DNA from: Octopus bimaculoides
Taxonomy: Eukaryota
Assembly: GCF_001194135.2 (NCBI RefSeq)
Contig: NC_068985.1
Location: 105,130,983 to 105,163,383, forward strand
Reading direction: 5' to 3'
Length of the DNA stretch: 32,401 bases
Shown here: positions 1-9,249 of the stretch, one piece after another
Layout of the letters: the number at the start of each line of letters is the position of its first letter
How positions within the stretch are numbered: position 1 is the stretch's first letter
Notes under the pieces: generated by a model
Database searches by the model: none
The model's input: the letters and a program-made list of their open reading frames with translations, nothing else
What the model was told of the DNA's origin: nothing
Made by a program: the position numbers and the translations under genes

Positions 1-615
1 AACGCTTCGACCAAAGATTATTTGTTCACTGAGTTATAATCTATACCACAGGATATCATTCGAGACACAATTAGTAATGAAGAGAAATCTCTATTAATAT
101 GAACCACACAGACAATACTAAATATTTGAAGTTGTCCCAAATTTCTTGTCTCGATCTAAGTAAATGTATATATTACAGTGAATTCTTTTGGTGGAGCACA
201 AAGCAGTTATTGTTCTAATCTTGCTTTGAATATGATATTTAGATGTTTTACAAACAAAAGAAGTACATACATTTCAAACTAAGGTGCGAATCAAAATAGT
301 TATCAAACGTTTGAAAGTCATATTAAGGAATTCTTTGAGCTTCTTTTTTTGTTCAACGGGATAATTCTATATTGCGTGTTTGTAGCACAAAAATATGCAA
401 ACTTTCACTGACTTAGAAAATAAAAATGGCCTCAATGTAAAATTTGCAGATGAAATCATACGTAAATGAATTTGCTCAAATATATTTGCACACGTAAACT
501 CATTTCTGCACTTAACAAATGGCATCCTTGAAATCTCATTCGAATTATCTGCGCACATGGTTCTACATAGTTTAAGGTTATGCTGATAACGTTCACTAAG
601 TAATTTATAACTATT

Positions 616-662
616 TTTCTCTCCTTGTTTCTCTCCTTGTTTCTCTCCTTGTTTCTCTCCTT
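616..662. repeat. 12-bp tandem repeat (TTTCTCTCCTTG) x ~4 in a pyrimidine-rich tract
   Basis: Units start at 616, 628, 640 and 652, followed by a degenerate CT/T tract to ~720. Confidence 0.9.
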
Positions 663-1104
663 TTTTTTTTTCTCTCTCTCTCTTTGTTTCTTTCCTTGTT
701 TCTTTCTGTGTTCCTTTCTGTGGAAGAGCGTAGGCTCCAAACGTTAAAGTCTTTTTTCAATTCCCGAGCGTTATACTAATACATCTGTTTGTTTTCTACA
801 CCACCTGTCTTCGTCTGTTGTTTTTTTTTTTTTGTGAATTCTCCCTAACTTATAACTATGTTTATGGAAGTAGAGACAACGGTTCTAAATATACCCTAAA
901 TTGAGTGAATAATAAATTACAGTGACTACAAAATTCCTTTCCTATATTACTAAAAGAGTAAAAATAGTGAATAAACGGGAGGGTTCAGAATTGTAACTAG
1001 ATACTTCATTGTATAAGAGGTGGCAGTCTATACCTTCAGCCACTTCAGAAATATTTAGATAAATGATAATACTAATTATATTTTTTTATTTCTAACCATT
1101 TCAG

Positions 1105-1315
1105 GTAATTTAATCCGTAAGAGTGTGGAAACCCTAACAGAAGATGAAGTTCTCAACCTACAAGTAGCTCTTCGAGCCATGCAGGATGATGCAACTCCGA
1201 CTGGTTTCCAAGCCATCGCAGGCTACCATGGTGAGCCAGCTGACTGTAAGGCACCAGATGGAAGAACTGTGGTCTGTTGCTTGCATGGTATGCCAACGTT
1301 CCCTCTTTGGCATAG
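1105..1315 (+). CDS. Hc: Hemocyanin, first exon of functional unit a (copy 1), 3' end truncated by gap
   Basis: Acceptor TTTCAG ends at 1104 (phase 1). From 1107 it reads NLIRKSVETLTEDEVLNLQVALRAMQDDATPTGFQAIAGYHGEPADCKAPDGRTVVCCLHGMPTFPLWH. CuA histidines H41 (1227), H60 (1284) and H69 (1311), C47/C57 disulfide and C58-H60 thioether pattern of molluscan hemocyanin. Closely matches the octopod FU-a N-terminus as I recall it. Confidence 0.96.
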
Positions 1316-1415
1316 NNNNNNNNNNNNNNNNNNNNNNNNNNNNNNNNNNNNNNNNNNNNNNNNNNNNNNNNNNNNNNNNNNNNNNNNNNNNNNNNNNNNN
1401 NNNNNNNNNNNNNNN
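1316..1415. other. Assembly gap of exactly 100 N (probably unknown size) joining two opposite-strand hemocyanin exon fragments
   Basis: Exactly 100 N, whereas most other gaps have irregular sizes (338, 94, 317, 888, 240, 263, 349; one of 10). Confidence 0.9.
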
Positions 1416-1494
1416 TGCATGGCTCGAAGAGCTACTTGTAGGTTGAGAACTTCATCTTCTGTTAGTGTTTCCACACTCTTACGGATTAAATTAC
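1416..1494 (-). CDS. Hc: Hemocyanin exon 3, start of FU-a (copy 2), truncated by gap
   Basis: Reverse complement matches 1105-1183 at 78/79 nt. The single difference is synonymous (Thr ACC/ACA, 1133 vs 1466). Acceptor AG at 1496-1495. Encodes (G)NLIRKSVETLTEDEVLNLQVALRAM. Confidence 0.95.
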
Positions 1495-2495
1495 CTGAAA
1501 TAGAAAGAGGTTTGAATTAATAATATTATTTGTATTGCATCAAGTCTTATTTCGTTAAAATATTTTCGGATTGAATTAATTAAATGTTTTCTGTATGAGA
1601 TCTCTAGACGATCAAAGGATTTTACATTTGATTTATATTAGGGGTGCTTCAATAATTTGTTACCAGGGTGATGACAGGCTTATCAATTCATATGTGTTGC
1701 ACCGCAGTTCTTTACATATTTATTTTTAGTATGGGTATAATATGTAAATCTTGCAATAAAATCTAGAATTGAGCCGTAATAATCAAGTGATCGAGTAGTC
1801 ATTTGAAATGTATATTTATTTTGACAGTTAACATTATTGGGAGGGAGATTCTGTACAAATTTGCCATACTGGAAGCGATAAGCGATAAGAGGCTAGGACA
1901 TCTTTAAATATATATATATATAAATTATAGTGAATTTTCTCCATTGTCAAGTGTGTCTCGAATCTCTTTTGTTGTAAATCATAATTCCGAACAAAAAAAG
2001 AAAAAAAAAATGGTGAGCGCCTTTCGATTCGCTCTCATTGATCTATTTTGTATTTTGTACTTGTACTCACAGCTCACTCTTATTCGTAATGTTCCAGCGT
2101 TTGTTTTACAAATTTGCTGGCGAATTTCTTTGGATGGTTTTCAGCAGATGAGATAAAGATGCTAGCGATGTGAGACAAGACCCTGAGTAGTGCAAATATT
2201 GAAGAGCTAACTGTAAAGATGACTCTTCAAAGTGTACGCAATGAATATTCCAAAAGGTGCTTTTTTATATATCATATTTAGAGAGTGAATAGCGATGTGA
2301 TTGCGAATAATAAATAGCAGTCAAGGATTCAGAATTAGCTGATCTTATCAAGACTCCTGGTGAAGAAATGAATCCCTTTCTGCAGTCTACTTTAACAGAT
2401 GTACATAGATTTATATTCAAGCAAACTAACTTAACCATCTTCTAATTGGCTATTACTTGCGATGTTAAAATATGCAATATGGAAATATTGGTTAC

Positions 2496-2520
2496 CTTCT
2501 GCACTTCCGCATAGCAAGAA
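2496..2520 (-). CDS. Hc: Hemocyanin exon 2, 25-nt signal-peptide micro-exon (FLLCGSAE-G)
   Basis: Minus strand reads ttatttctag|TTC TTG CTA TGC GGA AGT GCA GAA G|gtaacc. Phase-0 start fits exon 1 and phase-1 end fits exon 3, completing a hydrophobic signal peptide with A-E-G|N cleavage at the known mature N-terminus. Confidence 0.88.
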
Positions 2521-2729
2521 CTAGAAATAAATTAGAAATTTAGTTTTTAATTATGTCAACAAATAAGTCATTTTAAAAGTTGTATTAAATATGAATTGAG
2601 ATAAAGCAATAGAAACGTGTAAATTTTTATTTCTAACATTTACCGTTTAAAAGATTTGTAACATGGAAAATAGTGGTTTCTAAAATAGGAAAAAGGTGAG
2701 AAATGGAAATGGAGGATGTTTATTAATAC

Positions 2730-3868
2730 AGCGAGTCCCAACTTCTTGGCTAATACTTTATTTTATCGATCCCGAAAGGATTAACGAGAAAGTTGACCTC
2801 GGTGGGGTCAGAATGTAAAAAAATACCTAACTAAAACCACAAACCACTGTTTTCCAACGCTCTAACGATTCTGCTAATCTTTCTAATTATGGCATGATGC
2901 CAGTAATTTTGAGGTCAGCGAGCTCGATTGCATCGAACCCAATGTTCAGCTAGGACCTGTTTTATCGACTCCAGAAAGAATGAAAGGCAAAGTCGACCTC
3001 GTCAGTATTTGAATTCAGAACATAAAGACTGCAAAATAATAGTTTCAAATTTTGGCACAAGGTCAGCAATTGAACTCCGAATGTAAAGGCGGACGAAATG
3101 CCGCTAAGCATTTTGCCCAGAGTGCTTAAGATTCTGTCAGCTCGCTGCCTCCAGTGTGCAAAATATTGGTTTTAAATTTTGGCACAAGGTCAGCAATTTC
3201 AAGGCAGGTGGCAAGTAGATTGGATAGACCTCGGTATTCAGCTGGTACTTATTTTATCGACCTCGAAAGGATGGAAGGGCAAGTTGACATGAGCGGGATT
3301 TGAACTCAGAAACGTAAAAATGGACGAAATGTGAGAAAGCCGATAAGCATTTAGCCCGGTACGGTGGCGATTCTACCAGCTCGCTGCCTAACAGTAAAGC
3401 AATATTGGTTTCAAATTTTGGTACAAGGCCAACAAGTTCAGGATAACGGGTAAGTCGATTACATCGACCACACTGTTGAACTGGTTCTTTTTCTATCGAC
3501 ACCGAAAGGATGAAAGGCAAAATAAGCCTCCGTGTGATTCGAACTCAGAATATAAAGAAGGATGAAATGCCGCTAAGCATTTTGCTCAGAGTGCTAACGA
3601 TTCTGCCAGCTCGCTGCTTTCAATGTGCAAAATATTTATTTCTTTATTACCTACAGGAAGATAAACATAGAGGGTACAAACAAGGACAGACAAAGGGTTT
3701 AAGTCGATTACATAGACCTCAGTACGTAACTGGTACTTATTTAGTCGACCCCGAAAGGATGAAAATCACAGTCAACCTCGGCGGAATTTGAACTCAGAAC
3801 ATAACGGCAGATGAAATACCGCCAAGCATTTCGCCCGACGTGCTAACGATTCTGCCAGCTTGCCACCC
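2730..3868 (-). mobile_element. Array of six copies or fragments of tRNA-derived SINE family B inside hemocyanin intron 1
   Basis: Repeated GGCGG/AGCGAGCTGGCAGAATCGTTAGCAC...GTTCTGAGTTCAAAT...CTTTCATCCTTTCGGGGTCGATAAAATAAGTACCAG on the minus strand at about 2730-2880, 2884-3030, 3041-3149, 3168-3389, 3401-3618 and 3637-3868. A-box and B-box-like motifs present. Confidence 0.9.
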
Positions 3869-3948
3869 TTCAATGTGCAAAATATTAAGAAAAAATGTTG
3901 ATAATTTCGATACGTGCATAGAAAGTTAAAGAATTCTGTTTAACTTAC

Positions 3949-3987
3949 GGCGAAGACGATCGCAAAGAGACAAGAAATCTTCATCAT
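3949..3987 (-). CDS. Hc: Hemocyanin exon 1 coding part (MMKISCLFAIVFA)
   Basis: ATG ATG AAG ATT TCT TGT CTC TTT GCG ATC GTC TTC GCC followed by a consensus donor GTAAGT (3948-3943). Basic N-region plus hydrophobic core, directly downstream of TATA/Inr. Confidence 0.9.
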
Positions 3988-4028
3988 GACTTCTTCAAGT
4001 CAGTGTTCAGTCTTCAGCTGAAGGCAAC

Positions 4029-4062
4029 ACTGATGAAATCTGTGAAATGCTCCCCTTTTATA
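4029..4062 (-). promoter_or_regulatory. Hemocyanin core promoter: TATA box and initiator
   Basis: TATAAAAG at 4062-4055 and TCAGT at 4033-4029 (A+1 = 4031) on the minus strand. The TATA box starts 31 nt upstream of the predicted start, leaving a 44-nt 5' UTR. Confidence 0.82.
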
Positions 4063-5132
4063 ACAATTTCCGTAATGCTTTGTTGGCAAAACAACATGTG
4101 CAGGACACGTTTAACTCTTTCAGACGCTGACAAATCATAATTTTGACATATCACACTAACCTGAAAATCAAATTTCGTAAAATCTTTCTCAAAGAAGATA
4201 GATCGCTATCTTCTAGAATTCCACTTTGAATATTGAATTTCAGTTTTGCTTTTGAAATTATATGTTTGTAAATTTGATTCAATGTTACGGTTGTGATTTA
4301 TAATCAATTTTCCTGTCGTGGTGAGAAATATAAGTTTTGAGAATGCGGAATACACTATATTGGTTTCGATTCCTGCTTGAAACCAATTCCCATTACTGAA
4401 GCTGCTACTCGCTTCGCAAAAAATGCTTTTGTCGACAAGATTTGAAAGAAGCATTGAAATCTAGCAAACTTCGCACTTATTTTCTGTGTTTAGTACACCC
4501 CGTAGTTAATTGTACCTCTCGAACAAATTGATTTTAGCTAAGCAGTTTGGCCGTTTAAGAGTTATAATGCTTCGTTGGTGACATATTATAGTGGAATACT
4601 AGTATCAAAATACTAAAGACTTCTGAGATAGCTCACGGGTAACTCTGTTCATAAATTAGTTGAGACCACGGCATTTAATTTCTAGTAACACCTAATACTC
4701 TTCCTTTACTAAGCTTATGGCTTTGGGAAACCCCGAGCGTCATACTTTCAATTTGCTTTAAATATAAGTATGTTGTGTCAAGAATTATTTAATGATAATA
4801 TTATTAAGGAAGAAACTCGGAATTACAAGTTGGTTTTTAAAGATACATTTATACATTAAATAAGCAGAAATAAGTTATCCTCCAACTATTGTGTGTTTTG
4901 ACTGATGGGTTAAAGACGATATGGAGCGTTTAAAAATACTGACCGAGTAACAATCTCTGAATCCCTAAGAGATATTAGCATAGTCTTTACTTATGTTAAG
5001 TTGTTGAGACAAAAAAAAAAAAAAATTATACAAATAAGGCATGTGATGTGTGGAATGTGATGAACTCTATAAAACATTTTTACTGCTTTAGTAACATTGT
5101 GAAAGTAAAATCTAACTCGGTATAGATGGAAT

Positions 5133-5507
5133 GTTGTTGGCACTCCGTCGCTTACGACATCGAGGGTTCCAGTTGGTCCGATCAACAGAATAGCCCGCTC
5201 GTGAAATTAACGTGCAAGGGGCTGAGCATTCCACAGACACGTGTACCCTTAACGTAGTTCTCGGGGATATTCACCGTGAACAAGGCTGACCTTTTGAAAT
5301 ACAGGCACAACAGAAACAAGAAGTAAGAGTGAGAGAAAGTTGTGGTGAATGAGTACAGCAGGGTTCGCCACCATCCCCTGCCGGAGCCTCGTGGAGCTTT
5401 AGGTGTTTTCGCTCAATAAACACTCACAACACCCGGGCTGGGAATCGAAACCGCGATCCTATGACCGCGAGTCCGTTGCCCTAACCACTGGGCCATTGCG
5501 CCTCCAC
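5133..5507 (-). mobile_element. Full-length tRNA(Arg)-like SINE, tail type 1
   Basis: A box TGGCCCAGTGG, B-box-like GTTTCGATTCCC and a (CAA)-type end. Closely similar to 12204-12591. Possible degenerate 12-nt TSD TATAGATGGAAT (5121) / TATGCATGGAAT (5508). Confidence 0.92.
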
Positions 5508-5811
5508 TATGCATGGAATAGCAAGTGCAAGATATGAAACTTAACTTAGTTTCAGTTAATTATATTGTTTGTAGTAAATTAAATATTTCCACTTTCACGC
5601 TAGGAGACACTTAAAACTTGATATGAAAACGTTGAGGTATTGAAACATGATAAACCATTTTCACTGGATTTTAACTAGAATACACATGCAAAGCAGTAAT
5701 GTTTAAGTGAATTAAAGGGCTTCAAAGAATACAGTTCTAAGTATTTCGATATGGCTCTGTTGTAAGTTATGTATATAAAAGAAGCATATAGAGTCAGTGA
5801 GGAGAAGTGTT

Positions 5812-5978
5812 TAGTCAATCCCATCGTTCCTGTACTTGACTGGTACTTATTATATCGATCTTGAATGGATGAAAGGCAAAGTTATCCTCAGCAACGTTTC
5901 AGCTCAAAGCTTAAAGGACCGGGATAAATCCATAAAGCATTTTGTTCGACGCTCAATCGATTCCATCAATATACCACC
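5812..5978 (-). mobile_element. Degenerate SINE family B copy
   Basis: CTGGTACTTATTATATCGAT...GGATGAAAGGCAAAGT...AAGCATTTTG matches family B. Confidence 0.75.
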
Positions 5979-6653
5979 CTGATTCATAATGTCATAATAC
6001 TATTAATAAAAGTAATATTATTAAAAGTATTGTTACTCAGAGTTGTTAATATTACGAACGCTCGTCATTAAATTTCAGACTTAACCTCTGAATCTCAGAT
6101 ATACTTTTGGAATAATTATTCTAATATAAAATGAAAATGCTTTTTAAAAATAATTCGAACACATCTTTCTCGTGTTTGTTAACAGATTTCTTAAATTGAT
6201 TTTTCGCATATTTTTGGAATTGCAATATATTTACAATTTCCCTATCACCCTTCTGAAAACAGTTGTTGATTTAGTGCAGCGCTGATTCGGGTCAGAGAAT
6301 TTAAAGACCTTGTACCTATGATACGAAGACTTATTTAAATTTCAGTTTTTATAGACATGACCTCCTTTCTGATCAATATGTGTAAGAACTTTTCATTTAT
6401 ATTTCAACATTTTAGAGCCTATAACGAATTTATCTTACTATTTTGATAAAGTAAATAAATACCTATTCCTTTTATCAGTAATTTTGTTAAAAAAGTAACG
6501 ATTTAGATTTTTCTTTTCCCTTTTTCCTATCAAATAAACATTTGAATCACCGTACTGTTTTATAAAGACAAAGGAAGATTATGGTTGTTTAATTATTGTT
6601 GTTCATTTTGGTTTTCATGATTCTTTTAAGATGTTAAAGTTGAGATTTATAAA

Positions 6654-6730
6654 GGCGGTGAGCTGGCAGAAACGTTAGCACGCCGGGCGAAATGCTTAGC
6701 GGTATTTCGTCTGTCTTTACGTTCAAATTC
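6654..6730 (+). mobile_element. SINE family B head, 3'-truncated, abutting a LINE
   Basis: GGCGGTGAGCTGGCAGAAACGTTAGCACGCCGGGCGAAATGCTTAGCGGTATTTCGTCTG...GTTCAAATTC, then LINE ORF2 sequence. Confidence 0.9.
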
Positions 6731-9240
6731 AGTGCCTTGACAGTTTGTCTCGAACAGTTAACGCCGTACGGTAGCACTGCCAAGCCAAGGATTTCTGGTA
6801 ATTATCCAGATACCCCGGCCCGAACGTTCTCCTGAACAGGTTGATCAACTGATTTTCATCGTAGCCCAGGGTCTCCCCCAAGGCGTCTTCGGACATAAAG
6901 TCTACTAACCCGCTATAAAATTCCGCGGTGGTACTCCTGCAGCCGGCATTGCCCGCTCGAGAGAGNNNNNNNNNNNNNNNNNNNNNNNNNNNNNNNNNNN
7001 NNNNNNNNNNNNNNNNNNNNNNNNNNNNNNNNNNNNNNNNNNNNNNNNNNNNNNNNNNNNNNNNNNNNNNNNNNNNNNNNNNNNNNNNNNNNNNNNNNNN
7101 NNNNNNNNNNNNNNNNNNNNNNNNNNNNNNNNNNNNNNNNNNNNNNNNNNNNNNNNNNNNNNNNNNNNNNNNNNNNNNNNNNNNNNNNNNNNNNNNNNNN
7201 NNNNNNNNNNNNNNNNNNNNNNNNNNNNNNNNNNNNNNNNNNNNNNNNNNNNNNNNNNNNNNNNNNNNNNNNNNNNNNNNNNNNNNNNNNNNNNNNNNNN
7301 NNNGCCTTCCCTAGCAAGGATAACGCCCGCCCAGACCAAGTCTGGGTTAGAGTAGTCACCCTGCTGGTTACCTCGCTCCAAGTTTTCTCTGTCTGAAGGT
7401 CTGGACCAAACCAGATCCCGAGCAGCTTAACAGGACCTTCCGTCCAACGACGTTATTAGACGTCATCGGATTGCCCCTCCAGGTGCCGAATTGGAAACCG
7501 ACTGACTTGTCCTTCTTAACGTTTGCTCCTGCCACCGCCTCGTAACTTTTGATGGCCTCTTCCACCACTGGAAGCTGGCCCTCATCTGCCACGATGATGG
7601 AGATGTCATCCGCATACGCCGTAGCTCCTCTTCCACACCACAGATCATTCAGAGCCCCCTAGTACCTTCAACTTCCGTAGCAATGGCTCAAGAGCCAACA
7701 CATACAGAAGCGAGGACAGGGGACACCCCTGACGCACTGAGCATTCGATCCTGAATGGTTTCGAGAAGAAACCATTCACTTTTACGACAAACTCGATGTC
7801 GCTGTACAAAACAGCAATCCAACCGCGGAAGGTCGGGCCCAGGCCAGCCTTCTCGATGACCGCTGCCAAGTACCGATGGTCGACGCTATCGAATGCTTTA
7901 GTCTAGTCTAACTGTACTAGTGCCCCTCCTACGCCAGAAAGTTTCCCTAACCTCTCTAAGGAGTAGTGTATTAGGTGGAAATTGTCGCGGATCGACCTGC
8001 TCGGGATGGCGCAATTTTGCGCCCCCAACAAGTCTGTCCACGACCCGCGCTAACCTTTTCGCTAGCACCTTGGCCAAAATCTTTAACTCTGCGTTTAGCG
8101 GAGTTATGGGCCTAAAATTACTTATCTCGTCCTCCTTGCTCGGGTCCTTTCTGATCAACGTCACTACCCCTCTACTTGCAGACCTGGGAATTCTCCCATT
8201 CTGCTGCCAGTTGGCGTAAACGCTGCCCAGCAGGTGCCCGAACAAGTCTGGCATGATTTTATAAAATTCGTAAGGTAGACCATCCAGCACCTCAATCACC
8301 TCCTCGGCTGTGATTGGCTCCTCAGAGCACTCAGCCTCTCGTGCCGAGGGACGCGGGCCACCAGACAGGAAGTCCCTAAGAGCCTCACCATGATCCAGCG
8401 TCCCGCTCCTCCCAAACAACTCAGCAGAGTGCTTGTAAAGTGTTTCACACATCTCGTCCCGTCCTTCGACCGAACACCCACTATCATCCACCAGAGACCT
8501 AATTGTGGCATAATTTCCACGCTGGGTTTCTACCGTGCGGGTTCATCCGGAAACACTAATCCCCTCACGGCCCAATGCTCGCACTTTAGCCCGAACTCTG
8601 CACCCCTTGTGTTTACTTTTCTACCAGTCGAGCCAACACTATCGATGCGTGCGTCAACGATAGCGTTAAAGTTAAACAACAGGGCGGCCATCACCTCACT
8701 CGGGTCTACTTCTGGTGGCACTTCTGCCACCTTTACACGTTAAGTCCGTCTTCCCATGTAGGTTGGCAGAAGCACCACATCTTCTGTTTTCAAGGAGCTC
8801 ACAGAGTACTCGCGGACCTTTTCCTCAGATGCGAAACGCACCTCAACAGTGCCATATGTCTTGCCCCTCGCAGTATACGTTACGTCCTTCCAAATCGGGG
8901 CAAGACATTTTTCAATTTTCTCTTTTCGAAATGTTTAAATAGTCTGTTTTTCGGATAGAATGATTTAAATATTATTGTTTTTCGGTCCTATTCAACCATC
9001 TTGGAGGAGAGTAATATTTTTATATCCCCATCCTCCTCTTTCATTCTCCTGAAATATTCCTGTAGTGTCTCTACATGAATATCAATGTTTTCGGTTGCCA
9101 CAGCGACAATCGCCGAAAACTTTTTTACAGGGTATAATTTCATGTATAATTTCGACCGACATACTCTAGCGTACTGGGAAGAGGAAAGCGGTTAGGAAAG
9201 CAGTAAAATCAGGTGTTGTGGAACGCCGAGAGCACGGCGA
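6731..9240 (-). mobile_element. Defective L1/Tx1-type LINE: ORF1 N-terminal half joined to ORF2 linker plus reverse transcriptase, with no endonuclease domain and a truncated 3' end
   Basis: RT motifs DGLPYEFY, NFRPITPLNAELKILAKVLAKRL, AFDSVDHRYL, QGCPLS (7731-7714), YADD (7616-7605), VKLLGIWFG and LAWQCYRTALTVRDKLSRH. ORF1-like EKCLAPIWKDVTY..GTVEVRF at ~8900-8830. Frameshifts and stops present. The 5' boundary is approximate. Confidence 0.9.
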
Positions 9241-9249
9241 GATACTATG

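Noticed and set aside
456-740. Lys/Glu/Arg-rich 94-aa ORF
   Set aside because: It is the translation of the 12-bp pyrimidine repeat and T/CT tracts in an intron.
1-1104. Signal-peptide micro-exon for the + strand hemocyanin copy
   Set aside because: I scanned for an AG-[~25 nt, phase 0 to 1]-GT exon resembling FLLCGSAEG and found none. It presumably lies upstream of the window.
1105-1315. Tyrosinase or catechol oxidase instead of hemocyanin
   Set aside because: NLIRK start, C-X9-CC-X-H-G-M-P-T-F-P-X-W-H spacing and the phase-1 intron before the unit fit molluscan hemocyanin FU-a.
1105-1494. A genuine hairpin or antisense regulator formed by the inverted exon copies
   Set aside because: The spacing depends entirely on a 100-N placeholder gap, so adjacency is not established.
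1125-1520. ORF-track 131-aa protein running through the gap
   Set aside because: The part after the gap is the antisense strand of the second hemocyanin copy, so the fused ORF is an artefact.
2730-3886. CRISPR-like repeat-spacer array from the recurring 18-mer
   Set aside because: The intervening units are 110-250-nt homologous SINE copies, not unique short spacers. The context is eukaryotic and there are no cas genes.
6654-6740. LINE inserted site-specifically into the SINE head at 6730
   Set aside because: The LINE side of the junction is inside ORF2 (KLSRH, before the Cys-rich domain), not a natural 3' end, and the rest of the SINE is missing. A deletion join is more likely.
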